A stretch of DNA of 64,000 nucleotides from a virus. The DNA lies in the IMG/VR virus record IMGVR_UViG_3300045988_131485, one strand, 5' to 3'. Both the position numbers and the translations under genes were made by a program. Shown here piece by piece: positions 8,447 through 18,000 of this stretch; position 1 is the stretch's first letter; each line of letters begins with the position of its first letter. The notes beneath the pieces are model-generated. The model was not told where the DNA came from and ran no database searches. It saw only the letters and a list, made by a program, of their open reading frames with translations.

Positions 8447-8743
8447 ATGAAACGCATAAGCCAAAAGCGACGGCTGATGGTCGTTAAATATCAGAACCAG
8501 AGAGATGTTGACCGGCTGGATACTTGTTTGAAAATGTGCTGTCTCCCTCATGTAATTTTCAAAGAGTATGAATTTGTCGGTGGCGGCGCTCTTTGGAAAA
8601 TCTACATTGATCGTGGGAGCCTCACTTGGGAGCAGGTTATGGCCGAGGTCAATAGAGTCCATGCTACCAAATTCGAGTTCATTAACGATGGCTCATATAT
8701 TCAAGACGGGAGGCTCTATACTCCCTTAGTTATTCAAAAGTGA
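8447..8743 (+). CDS. hypothetical protein
   Basis: GGAGGTG SD. Confidence 0.65.
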   Translation: MKRISQKRRLMVVKYQNQRDVDRLDTCLKMCCLPHVIFKEYEFVGGGALWKIYIDRGSLTWEQVMAEVNRVHATKFEFINDGSYIQDGRLYTPLVIQK

Positions 8744-8752
8744 GGTGTGTTT

Positions 8753-9046
8753 ATGTTACGGCCTGGACGTTACAAATCCGAGCATGATGGCAATGTCTTT
8801 CAAGCCTATCGGTATGTCATGGAAGTCAAGGAAACCACGAAGTCCTATATCTTCAAGCTGCTGGAAGTTGAGAACCGATACGCCGACGATCATATCGAAA
8901 TCATGTTTGGCGGCAAGAAGCGGATTGTTCTTCCCAAGGATAAGCCTTGCCGTCATGCAATGCGAGTGTGGAGTGACCACGACTTTACGATTTACCCCTT
9001 CCAAGCCGGCGTCCCGTTCTATTTCGAGAAGGAGGATGTGGCATGA
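8753..9046 (+). CDS. hypothetical protein
   Basis: ATG 8753 after GAGGTG; the alternative frame ORF 8745..9068 was rejected. Confidence 0.6.
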   Translation: MLRPGRYKSEHDGNVFQAYRYVMEVKETTKSYIFKLLEVENRYADDHIEIMFGGKKRIVLPKDKPCRHAMRVWSDHDFTIYPFQAGVPFYFEKEDVA

Positions 9047-9396
9047 AAATCCCCAAGTATGTTTATGAGCTGGTGGAGCTGGGGCGGTTACGTCCCGCTC
9101 CTTTGGACGAGCAGGCCAATTCGAGTATTGCAGGCCAGGGTGAATATGGATATATGTTCCGAGTCTATCGGAAGAGTAACAGTCAATCCGGCGGAGTGTT
9201 TGTTGCCGAGGTGGAACGTATAACAGCCTGGGCACGACGGGAGTACGCGGAATCCAACATTCATACATACCGCTGGTACACTGATAAAGAGCACCGTAAA
9301 CCTTACTACAAACGGGATTATGCACTGGTGACGATCACTGATCCAGTTGCACAGCAGCTGGAAAAGTTGATTGCTTTGGTTAGCAAGAAACACTAA
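9043..9396 (+). CDS. hypothetical protein
   Basis: ATGA overlap with the previous gene; AAGGAGG SD. Confidence 0.65.
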   Translation: MKIPKYVYELVELGRLRPAPLDEQANSSIAGQGEYGYMFRVYRKSNSQSGGVFVAEVERITAWARREYAESNIHTYRWYTDKEHRKPYYKRDYALVTITDPVAQQLEKLIALVSKKH

Positions 9397-9413
9397 CGGT
9401 CTGTAAATATAGT
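9378..9413 (+). promoter_or_regulatory. early-type promoter repeat, copy 13
   Basis: GGTTAGCAAG-N13-CTGTAAATATAGT; overlaps the 3-prime end of the preceding CDS. Confidence 0.6.
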
Positions 9414-9428
9414 GAGGAGGTGGTCAAT

Positions 9429-9782
9429 GTGTTTCGAGTTATCATCGCCGGAGGGCGAGACTTTGATGACTACCAGCTTTTGAAAGCGACCATGGATAAA
9501 CTGCTTTGCAATATTACGGATGAGATCATCGTTGTTTGTGGACAGGCTAAGGGCGCTGATACGCTGGGTGAACAGTATGCCATGGAAAAGGGATACACCA
9601 TTGACTACTACCCCGCCCAGTGGAAGCTATACGGCAAGCGAGCTGGATACCTACGCAATGAGCAGATGGCACAGAACGCCGACGCTCTGGCCGCATTCTG
9701 GAACGGTGAAAGTCGTGGCACCAAGCACATGATCGAGCTTGCCAAGAGATACGGTTTGAAAGTGCGGGTCAAGCGATATTAA
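9429..9782 (+). CDS. SLOG-fold protein (DUF2493-like)
   Basis: IIAGGRDF...VVCGQAKGADTLGEQYA...RNEQMAQNADALAAFWNGESRGTKHMI. GTG 9429 lies 8 nt after GAGGAGG (the ORF track starts at 9420). Confidence 0.7.
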   Translation: MFRVIIAGGRDFDDYQLLKATMDKLLCNITDEIIVVCGQAKGADTLGEQYAMEKGYTIDYYPAQWKLYGKRAGYLRNEQMAQNADALAAFWNGESRGTKHMIELAKRYGLKVRVKRY

Positions 9783-9794
9783 GGAGACAGAGAT

Positions 9795-10025
9795 ATGTTA
9801 GTCATTAAGAAAATATGCGATTACACAATTCCGATATTTGGGAACAAGAGAGTTCTCCCCTATGCAAAGCTACTTGTTTCTGATGGTATTACAGAAAAGT
9901 TAAGGCCGATCATAGATGATGGCGGAAGACAGTACATCACGTTCAACCGAAAGAGATACTACATCAAGAATGCTGGGAGCCTCTATTCTCCCCACTATGT
10001 TTTTGCCGATGAACGGAACCCCTGA
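9795..10025 (+). CDS. hypothetical small protein
   Basis: AAGGAG SD. Confidence 0.6.
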   Translation: MLVIKKICDYTIPIFGNKRVLPYAKLLVSDGITEKLRPIIDDGGRQYITFNRKRYYIKNAGSLYSPHYVFADERNP

Positions 10026-10040
10026 AAGGAGCACCTGGGA

Positions 10041-10241
10041 ATGACAAGAATCGGAAAAGAAACAATCATTCGTGCTCTGGAACAGCACGCGAAATCCCAA
10101 TCTGATATCGAACAGAATGCAAGGGAGCGCGGGGAACCAGACTTTGCTATTAAGGCAGGCCGTGAGAAGAATGTGGCTGTCGGTCTGGTGAGTGTGTTCC
10201 AAGGTATTTTGGATAGCCCGAGTGGAACCGTTAAGATTTAA
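10041..10241 (+). CDS. hypothetical small protein
   Basis: AAGGAG SD. Confidence 0.55.
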   Translation: MTRIGKETIIRALEQHAKSQSDIEQNARERGEPDFAIKAGREKNVAVGLVSVFQGILDSPSGTVKI

Positions 10242-10259
10242 GTATAAGGAGGTAGCAGT

Positions 10260-10829
10260 GTGAAGATTACGGTTGCTGTCATAACCCCACAGGATTACGA
10301 AAAATTCAATGCTGTCGGAATGAACGCCGAGGCGTGTCTGGCAGACCGTGTAAAGCTGATATGCCAAGATGACGCCGGACACGTGGCAGAGTCCTTCATG
10401 AAACAGGATGAGTTCGACCGGCTGGGGCTGGCCTATATCGAACAGCACGCAAAGCTGGAACACTCTGAGGTCTGCGACGAGTGGTTTATGAAGTGTTCTC
10501 AAAATTCCTGGTACAACGATCTGGAACGCAATCCTGAGAAAGTCATCAAAGTTATGTTCGTCGGCATCGAAGACGGAACAGGCCGAGAGGTTTACCGAGG
10601 TGTTGAGACACAGCGTTATTATCTGCGTGAGGTACACGCCCACCAGCTTTTTGCCAAGTGGTATTTGTGCGGAGAGCGCCGGGTGCCGGAGGATGGTAGA
10701 GAGCCAAGACCTAACCTGGTTTTCCAACTGGGAGATCAGACGGAGAAGGTTGTGTATGACGACTGGAACGGCGTTGCTGCCTACAAGGATCAGTTCAACA
10801 AAAACTTCCGAGAAAAGGTTAGCAAATAG
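10260..10829 (+). CDS. hypothetical protein
   Basis: GTG start 7 nt after AAGGAGG. Confidence 0.65.
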   Translation: MKITVAVITPQDYEKFNAVGMNAEACLADRVKLICQDDAGHVAESFMKQDEFDRLGLAYIEQHAKLEHSEVCDEWFMKCSQNSWYNDLERNPEKVIKVMFVGIEDGTGREVYRGVETQRYYLREVHAHQLFAKWYLCGERRVPEDGREPRPNLVFQLGDQTEKVVYDDWNGVAAYKDQFNKNFREKVSK

Positions 10830-10852
10830 TAGTTTCATCCTGAAAATGTAGT
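10817..10852 (+). promoter_or_regulatory. early-type promoter repeat, copy 14 (degenerate)
   Basis: GGTTAGCAAA-N13-CTGAAAATGTAGT. Confidence 0.45.
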
Positions 10853-10905
10853 GGTCTGGGAGGCTCCACTATAAAAAGCCTCACCCCATAAAGTGAGGTG
10901 GCGAT

Positions 10906-11040
10906 ATGGAAATCCTCTTTGGGCTTGTCATCGTGGCCGTGAAGCTGATTTTGGAACACGTGGCCGTGAGGCACGCCAACAAATACTCCGATACCGTTGT
11001 TCGTAGATACAACAAAAATGAAAGTGAGGAAGAAAGATGA
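10906..11040 (+). CDS. 44-aa hydrophobic peptide (below the ORF-track cutoff)
   Basis: ATG 10906 after GTGAGGTGG; MEILFGLVIVAVKLILEHVAV...; its stop overlaps the next start (ATGA). Confidence 0.45.
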   Translation: MEILFGLVIVAVKLILEHVAVRHANKYSDTVVRRYNKNESEEER

Positions 11041-12008
11041 GTTTGATGGAGAAGTTCTCCGCCGTCGAGATCAAGGCGGACAACAGAATTTCCGAGGATG
11101 ACAAGGCGTTTTGTCTCCGCCAGCAGGAAGCCTTTGATAAGGCTGGGCCGGCGCTCCAGAAGGTTGCTGAGGCGATGTCCGCAGCCAAGGCAGAGCAGGC
11201 TGGAATCCTGACCGCAGACGAAGACTTTATCGACCGGTATGTGGGCGATGATTGCGACGTAGATGGTGTTTACGACACCATGAAGAAGAGGAACCGCACA
11301 TTCATTTCAGCTGTCGTCAATTATTTCAGCCGCAAGTACAGTGTTGAGCTGGACAAGCACGAGATTGAGGAGCATCTTATTCCCACCGGCCCGAAGGAGC
11401 CGAATTTGCCCTGGGGTGGATACAGAAGCATGAGCGAGGACGAGATTGCCTCTTATCAGCAGGAGCTGGACGCCTATAAGGTCGAAAAGGATAAGTTTGA
11501 ACAGTCCTTGCGTACTCTCCCTCTCCGGTATGAACAGGTTGTGGATGAGATCTTTGTACAGCTGGGCGGATTCTCATTCCAGGAGCGAGCCATGAATGAG
11601 TTTCTCCGGTTGTGTTGGGACGCATCTCATCACAGAAATTGGAGTTCCGATCAGTATGTGGAAGAGTTCGAGATCAAGAACGATGTGCTCCGCCTGACCG
11701 GATCGTGGGTATATTGTGATGAAAACAAATGGATGAGCAGTCCTGTCCCTGAGTATAAGCCCAGTGAGTCCCTGAAAACCATTCTGAATGCGCTGGCACA
11801 CTATGAGACTGGGAAGTTCAAGGACGGCGCAAATTGGTTCCCGGAGCTTTTCAAGTACGATACCAAGGAAAACCAGTTTGAGATCGCGTACATGAGCAAG
11901 GTCAAAAATATCAAGCTGTTCAAAAATGGCCGTGTGGATATCAAGTTCCGCAGTGCCGCTTTTGTCCAGGAGTTTGTGGGACAGTATTTGAGGAGGAACC
12001 CGGCATGA
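11037..12008 (+). CDS. hypothetical protein
   Basis: 323-aa ORF with GTGAGGAAG SD. Confidence 0.7.
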   Translation: MSLMEKFSAVEIKADNRISEDDKAFCLRQQEAFDKAGPALQKVAEAMSAAKAEQAGILTADEDFIDRYVGDDCDVDGVYDTMKKRNRTFISAVVNYFSRKYSVELDKHEIEEHLIPTGPKEPNLPWGGYRSMSEDEIASYQQELDAYKVEKDKFEQSLRTLPLRYEQVVDEIFVQLGGFSFQERAMNEFLRLCWDASHHRNWSSDQYVEEFEIKNDVLRLTGSWVYCDENKWMSSPVPEYKPSESLKTILNALAHYETGKFKDGANWFPELFKYDTKENQFEIAYMSKVKNIKLFKNGRVDIKFRSAAFVQEFVGQYLRRNPA

Positions 12009-12562
12009 AACTGACAAAGAAGCAGCTCTCCGCCCTACAACGGATTGTAGGGCGGGAGCAGACCCGATATGACGAAACCCAGTCGGAGGCTCTGGCTGGT
12101 GTTCATCCCAGCGAGAAGCATTTTGCCATAACAGATGGAACTATGGTGGTGCTGTTTGCGGAACAGCCCGAGGGAATCCCCGTAGGTGATCGGACGGAAA
12201 CGTATGATAAATACGTTCAGGACTATCTCAAGGACGCGAACGCTTCGTTGGTTGTTTCGCCGCCCACTGTGGATGATTGCAAAAAGATCATCCGTGAGTG
12301 GAGAGGTATGAAGCCTCTTTTCCCGAAGATTACCGTTACCACCGAGGATGAGAACGGCGCTCCTATGACGAGCTATTTCGACGCTTATCGCTATCTGGAT
12401 ATCTTGGAGGCTGTCGGGCCGTATCGTAACATCTATATGGGGAGCAGCGACACAATACGGACGCCGTACCCGTGCCTACTGGTGTATAAGCGGTGTGGAC
12501 GTGACGAGCGAGATAGTGTCAACTGGGACGAGCCGGCATTTCTGCTGCCGTGCCGTCCTTGA
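12005..12562 (+). CDS. hypothetical protein
   Basis: ATGA overlap with the previous gene; GAGGAGG SD. Confidence 0.7.
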   Translation: MKLTKKQLSALQRIVGREQTRYDETQSEALAGVHPSEKHFAITDGTMVVLFAEQPEGIPVGDRTETYDKYVQDYLKDANASLVVSPPTVDDCKKIIREWRGMKPLFPKITVTTEDENGAPMTSYFDAYRYLDILEAVGPYRNIYMGSSDTIRTPYPCLLVYKRCGRDERDSVNWDEPAFLLPCRP

Positions 12563-12577
12563 CAGGAGGAGGATGTT

Positions 12578-12802
12578 ATGAGTTTTGAAGACGCGCTTGA
12601 AAAGCTCTTGTCTCTGGGCATCTATAAATGTCTCGCAGAACGAGTTTTGAGAACTGTTTGCAAAACAGGAAGAAGCATGGACGTTATGGTAGGGAACGAG
12701 ATTTATTGTATCAATGCGGTATATTCGGGTGAGAGACGCGAGGATACGAAATTCTGGGGACTTGCTACAAGCAACTATACTTTCGATGTGGGGAGAGTTT
12801 GA
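12578..12802 (+). CDS. hypothetical small protein
   Basis: AGGAGGAGG SD. Confidence 0.6.
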   Translation: MSFEDALEKLLSLGIYKCLAERVLRTVCKTGRSMDVMVGNEIYCINAVYSGERREDTKFWGLATSNYTFDVGRV

Positions 12803-12803
12803 C

Positions 12804-13538
12804 ATGACCAGACGGAAAGTGATTTTCTGGAACGATCTGAATGACAGCTATATCGTTTCCGAGGAATATAACGGCGACAAGGCTGAAATGGAACGCTTCG
12901 GCCTTGGAGCCTGCGACCATACTTGGCCTGAGTTTATGGAGGCTATGAGCAGCGTGAGCAACATGGCGGACTTCCTCAAGGTGATCTCCTACATCACTGC
13001 CAGTTACCATGCTACTGTCAATGGCGTGCCTCTCCCGGAGCAGGCCAATAACCTGCCTGGGTCACGGCTGAATGTCGCCCATAGCCATAAGGAGCTGTAT
13101 AACTTAGTTGGCGACATGGATGAGGTGTGGGAGGTCAAGCGGAATATCTCTGGCGCTCATCTGCTGGACGTGTCCACCATCGCTCCCAAGCCCAAGCAGG
13201 TCTGGGACGGAAAGGAAGTCATAGATGAGGATGACTTCGACTACGCCACCGCAAAGCCCGGTGACTTTGTGACTCAGGCCGTAGTGGACAATGCAATGGA
13301 TTGTCTGCCACCTGTTTGTATGAGTGCCCGGTGCTCTCAGATGGGCGAGCCGTACTCCAGCAAGCTGGATGAAAAGACCGGCGAATGGCGGAGCATCTAT
13401 GCCACCTTCCGTAAGGTCGGTGGAGAGTGGCCGAATGGTATTTGGGAATACTGCGGTCACTGCTTCCGGGGTGAAACAGTGGAACGGGGCAAAGAAATGG
13501 CTCATATCCAAAATTTTCTCGCTACTATTGAGAGATGA
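12804..13538 (+). CDS. hypothetical protein
   Basis: ATG 12804 right after the previous stop; the longer ORF start at 12714 overlaps that gene. Confidence 0.65.
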   Translation: MTRRKVIFWNDLNDSYIVSEEYNGDKAEMERFGLGACDHTWPEFMEAMSSVSNMADFLKVISYITASYHATVNGVPLPEQANNLPGSRLNVAHSHKELYNLVGDMDEVWEVKRNISGAHLLDVSTIAPKPKQVWDGKEVIDEDDFDYATAKPGDFVTQAVVDNAMDCLPPVCMSARCSQMGEPYSSKLDEKTGEWRSIYATFRKVGGEWPNGIWEYCGHCFRGETVERGKEMAHIQNFLATIER

Positions 13539-13574
13539 GGTTAGCATCCGTCGTCTCCCGCCTTAATTACAGAC
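13539..13574 (+). promoter_or_regulatory. early-type promoter repeat, copy 15 (degenerate)
   Basis: GGTTAGCATC-N13-CTTAATTACAGAC; the downstream box lies in the loop of hairpin CGTCTCCCG/CGGGAGACG. Confidence 0.35.
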
Positions 13575-13603
13575 GGGAGACGAAAATTTTGGAGGTGTTA
13601 ATT

Positions 13604-14422
13604 TTGAAACGGTTTAAGGTGCAAACCGCAGACGGCCACACTTTGCTGCTCTACTATCCCACCCAAGAGAAAGCCCAGGAGAGCTACCCGGACGCCACAA
13701 TTACGGAACATACCGACCAATCTCATGTAGAGTACATTGAGCGGATGCTTGCTGCCGCCAACGATTGTAAAACGGCGGAACGCAAAGGTTCTACCGTTTA
13801 TCTTCTCAGGTTTAATACGTCGGCGGGCATCTGTTTGGCGATGCTTTCCCGAGATATCAGCGACGGAATGTGGTACGACTTGTGCCAGTATCAATTCTGG
13901 AAATCCGGGGCACTGGTCGCTCCAATCACTAAGACCCTATCTAATCCGGCTGCGTTTTGTAAACAGTTTCTTTTCCCGAAGTCGGAATACCAAGTGCTTT
14001 GCGCTGGCGGCAAGCTCCCAAAGCCGGAAGAAATCAGAGGCGTTAGGAAATTCGCTTCTGTCCCTTTTGAGGGAATATGTCAGTGCCAGCTATTCCTAAA
14101 AGGTGACGACTTATATATCAAGCATAACGACTACTTTTCAGAAACGCACTCCACCGGAAAGATTGATCCGCGCACCAACATGGAGGAACGGGTGCTATAT
14201 ATTTGCCACGCATGGCTGAGGATTACCAATTTTGTACCATTGGTAAAACTCCTGAACAACGTGGAAATTTCTGCCACAGTTTGGCCTATGCTTCGGGACT
14301 TCCACCAATGGCCGGCAGGTGAATATAATATGGAGTGGAACCGCTTTTTGGAGGGTGTAGCGAGGGCTACAAGAAACTATCTGAGCAAAAAGGAGGTAGG
14401 TTATGGAACAGAGAACTTGTAA
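13604..14422 (+). CDS. hypothetical protein
   Basis: TTG 13604 lies 8 nt after GGAGG, downstream of repeat copy 15; the start is uncertain. Confidence 0.55.
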   Translation: MKRFKVQTADGHTLLLYYPTQEKAQESYPDATITEHTDQSHVEYIERMLAAANDCKTAERKGSTVYLLRFNTSAGICLAMLSRDISDGMWYDLCQYQFWKSGALVAPITKTLSNPAAFCKQFLFPKSEYQVLCAGGKLPKPEEIRGVRKFASVPFEGICQCQLFLKGDDLYIKHNDYFSETHSTGKIDPRTNMEERVLYICHAWLRITNFVPLVKLLNNVEISATVWPMLRDFHQWPAGEYNMEWNRFLEGVARATRNYLSKKEVGYGTENL

Positions 14423-14891
14423 TATCATCATGTGCTGCAAGGGGCATTGCAAACTCGCGGGCGAAAATGCTCCGCCGTTGGAGGCCATCGCTGCATACAT
14501 GAGCGCTGAGTGCGCTTGTCCGAAGGAAGACTACACCGGAAAGCTGATGGAAATGATTTTGAGAGAGGCGCTGTTTGATTATATGGCGGGCGCGGACAAG
14601 CCCGGATATGAGCTGCGCCAGCTTCTTCAGCAATATGCCACACGTGACCCCAATCTTTCGGAGCGTATCTACACCTTATTCCAGTTAGCCCAAGTGAGAG
14701 ATGATAACAGGTATGTCAATGGGTTTACGGATAAATTGCTCCGGCAAAGTGAGATTGATCTTGGAGCCTCCAGAGACAGTATGCCCTGTCTTTTGGATGA
14801 AAAGAAGATCGTCAATTATCCTTGTTCTCGCGCCTGCCCGCTTTTTGGAGACTGCGTTACAAAGTGGTATCAGGTAAGAAAAAGAGCTTGA
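14403..14891 (+). CDS. cysteine-rich hypothetical protein
   Basis: AAGGAGG SD; clustered Cys residues (CNIIMCCKGHC ... CSRACPLFGDC). Confidence 0.65.
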   Translation: MEQRTCNIIMCCKGHCKLAGENAPPLEAIAAYMSAECACPKEDYTGKLMEMILREALFDYMAGADKPGYELRQLLQQYATRDPNLSERIYTLFQLAQVRDDNRYVNGFTDKLLRQSEIDLGASRDSMPCLLDEKKIVNYPCSRACPLFGDCVTKWYQVRKRA

Positions 14892-14893
14892 CC

Positions 14894-14929
14894 GGTTAGC
14901 AATCCCCCTTTTCTTTCTGTAATAGAAGT
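14894..14929 (+). promoter_or_regulatory. early-type promoter repeat, copy 16
   Basis: GGTTAGCAAT-N13-CTGTAATAGAAGT; upstream of the methylase-helicase gene. Confidence 0.55.
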
Positions 14930-15002
14930 GAGGGGCGCGGTTCTGAGAGGACTCCGCATAAAAGCCTCTCTCCAGAAAAAGAAAGATAGAGCAGGTGAAA
15001 GA

Positions 15003-18000
15003 ATGAAGTATCAATACCTTAATGAACCGATTCCCCAGGAAGCCCGACATGAGTTGAACGACAAGATCCTCTATTTGGTAGACCAGGATTTGGCCGAACA
15101 GTCTGGGATCTCCCGTGAGGATATCTATAATGCCTATACCGGAGACGGTGGATTGCATGGCCTGAAACGCTCTGACTTTGCCAACTATCATGAGTATGCG
15201 GAGGCTAAGAAGGAGATCGAGAACGGTCAGTTCTTTACACCTCCCGCTCTTTGCCAGTTTATCATGGAGGCGCTGTCCCCTGCTATGGACGAAACGGTAG
15301 CAGACCTCACCTCTGGCATCGCCAACTTCTGTAACTTCATGCCGCTGGAGGCAAACTTCTACGGCTGTGAGTTGGACATCAAGTCCCACAAAGTAGCGCA
15401 CTATCTTTACCCCGCCGCTAATCTGGAACACCGTGATATCCGTTTCTATCAGCCGAATATGCGGTTTGACTATGTAGTGGGCAACCCTCCGTTCAATCTG
15501 AAATGGGAGACGGAGGGTGGCGAGATCATCTCTCAGATGTACTACTGCCTGAAAGCGGCGAAGCTGCTGAAGCCTCTGGGCATTATGGCGATTGTGGTGC
15601 CGGCGTCTTTCCTGGCCGACGAATATTTGGACGGTGCGAAAATTTCCGAACTGGCAAAAGATTTCTCTTTCCTGGGTCAGGTCTCCATTCAGAAGGATGC
15701 GTTCAAATCTCTTGGCGTGGATAGCTACGCTACCAAGATACTCTTTTGGCAGAAGAAGCTGGACGTTGCCGACAAGGGAGAACCTTATGCTCTGAACAGT
15801 GCCAACTGGTTCAATCTGACCGACATGAATAACGCGGCAGAGCTGCTTGAGATCGTCCGTAAGGAAGTCGTTGCCCCGGCCAGAGAGCGGATGCGGAGCA
15901 ACAGTGCCCGCGTTAAGCTGGTGTCGATGGGTGGGAGCGACAATGCGTTCGAGTATGAAGTGCGGAAGCTGATGTTCCATATCAAGTCCAACCCCAAACT
16001 GATAGACAAATATGCCAAGTGTCAGGAATATCTCTACAAGTTCCGCCATCAGGAACAGCCCAAGGATATGAAGTATGAGGAATGGGCAAAAATCCGTATT
16101 ACGGAAGCTAAGGTATTGGCCTATCTTCGTCGTGTTATCAAGTCTCAGCATAAGAAGCCCAGCCAGGATGTGGTACGACTGGTCAAGCAGGATGGAGGGC
16201 TGATTTACAAAGGGTACAGCAAAAAGGCACAGAACAGCATGAGCGACGGCATGAAACAGCTCGTTCCCTTCTATGCCCTTGCCTCTGGACAAGCGGATGA
16301 TACAGGTCTTGAGCAGTATGCCCGCCTTATTCGTCGTAAGCAGCGCGACTATGAGCGAGAGACAAAACCTTTTACCGAGATGGAACAGGACGCCGAGATC
16401 GCTCAGTTCCTGGATGACTTTACCGTTTATGACAATGAGAACGAGGAGTGGATTCACCTCAATAACACCCAGAAGCACGACCTGAACCTCGTTCTTCAGA
16501 AGCATTATCATCTGTTACAGTGGGAACAGGGTGGTGGCAAGACGCTGGCCGGCATCTCCACAGGCCGGTATCGGATGGAGCGTCAGGGCGCTCGTAACGT
16601 GTGGGTGGTATCCACTGCTATCTCCATCAAGAACAACTGGGATCTGGTGTTCAAAAACTATGGCATGACCAACTACCGGATGATAAAGTGCCTCGCCGAC
16701 CTCGACAAAGTACAGGATGGGGAGTTCGTTATCATCACCCTGAATATGCTTACCAAGTACCGTAAGCAGATCAAGCGCCATATCAAAATGCGGGACCAGA
16801 ACGTGTGCTTGGTGTTCGATGAGTCCGACGAGATGACCAACCCGGATAGCAAGCGCACAAAGGCTGTGTTGGATTGTTTTCGGAGAGTACGGTTTAAGCT
16901 GGAAATGACTGGCACTGTCACCCGGAACAACATCTCGGAATGTGCGCCTCAGCTTGAGCTGCTTTATAACAACTCTTACAATATGCTCTCCTGGGCAGAA
17001 GATCTATATTGCTATGAGAAGGATGACTGTGAGGAATATCTGAACTGTTCAAGTAATCCTTACTACGGCCAGCCCTTCCCTGCTTATAAAGCTGGATACA
17101 ATCTGTTCGCTGAATCCCATCTGCCTGAGCGGATCACCGTTTTCGGAGTGGGTAAGAAAACCCAAGACATTTACAATGCGGATGTCCTGAACAAGCTCCT
17201 CTCCTACTCGGTCATCACCCGGACTTTCGCGGAGATCACCGGCAAAGAGATACGTAGACTTCATCAAACCCCAGTTTCATTCGCTCCTGCAGAGCGTGAA
17301 GTCTATCAAAAGGCCATGGAAGAGTTTTTCTCCATGCGCCAGCGGTACTTCGCCCTTACCGGGAATAGCCGCAAGGATAGCATGATGGCGCTGATCCAGC
17401 AGATTACTTTGTTGCTCCGTATCTCTGCTGCACCCAACACTGTGGAGGAATACGACAGCCCGAATACGCCGGTCAAAATTCGGAAGGTTTGTGACATGGT
17501 GGGCGAATGGAAGGATGAGATTGTAGTTATTGGTGTCCGCCATAAGAACGTGGTGGAAGCATACGCTAATGAAATCCGCAGGAGATTCCCGGATCGGAAG
17601 CTGTTTGTCGTGACCGGCTCTACCACCACTCTGGCCGGACGTCGGAAGCTGAAAAATACTCTGAAAGAAAGCGGAAACGGCATTCTCCTTTGTACCCAGC
17701 AGTGCCTCCCCTCCTCTGTCAACTTTGAGTTCGTCAACAAAGTTATCATCCCGGAGCTGCATTACAACAATGCGCGGATGAGCCAGTTCTATATGCGGTT
17801 TGTTCGCTTTACCTCTACGGACTGGAAAGACATCTACTTTGTTACTTACTCTGGAAGCATTGAGTCCAACCAGATGCAAATGGTGCTCGCCAAAGAGAAA
17901 CTGAACCTTTTCATGAAGGGGCAGGACGTAGATCTGGATGAGGTGTATGACCGCTTTGGCGTGGATTATGACCTGATGAGCCTGTTGATGTCTCGTGAGG

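Noticed and set aside
8745-9068. 107-aa ORF in an alternative frame overlapping 8753..9046
   Set aside because: It has a Cys/Ser/Arg-rich shadow-frame composition and no SD. The other frame has a GAGGTG SD and is translationally coupled (ATGA) to the next gene.
35-14929. 36-nt repeats as a CRISPR array
   Set aside because: The repeats are separated by 0.4-1.5 kb of coding sequence rather than 25-40-nt spacers. Each contains a variable 13-nt core, and no cas genes are present.
14685-16511. 608-aa minus-strand ORF
   Set aside because: It is entirely antisense to the methyltransferase-helicase gene, whose NPPF and helicase motifs are unambiguous. It has no SD and a low-complexity, Leu/Val-rich shadow-frame composition.
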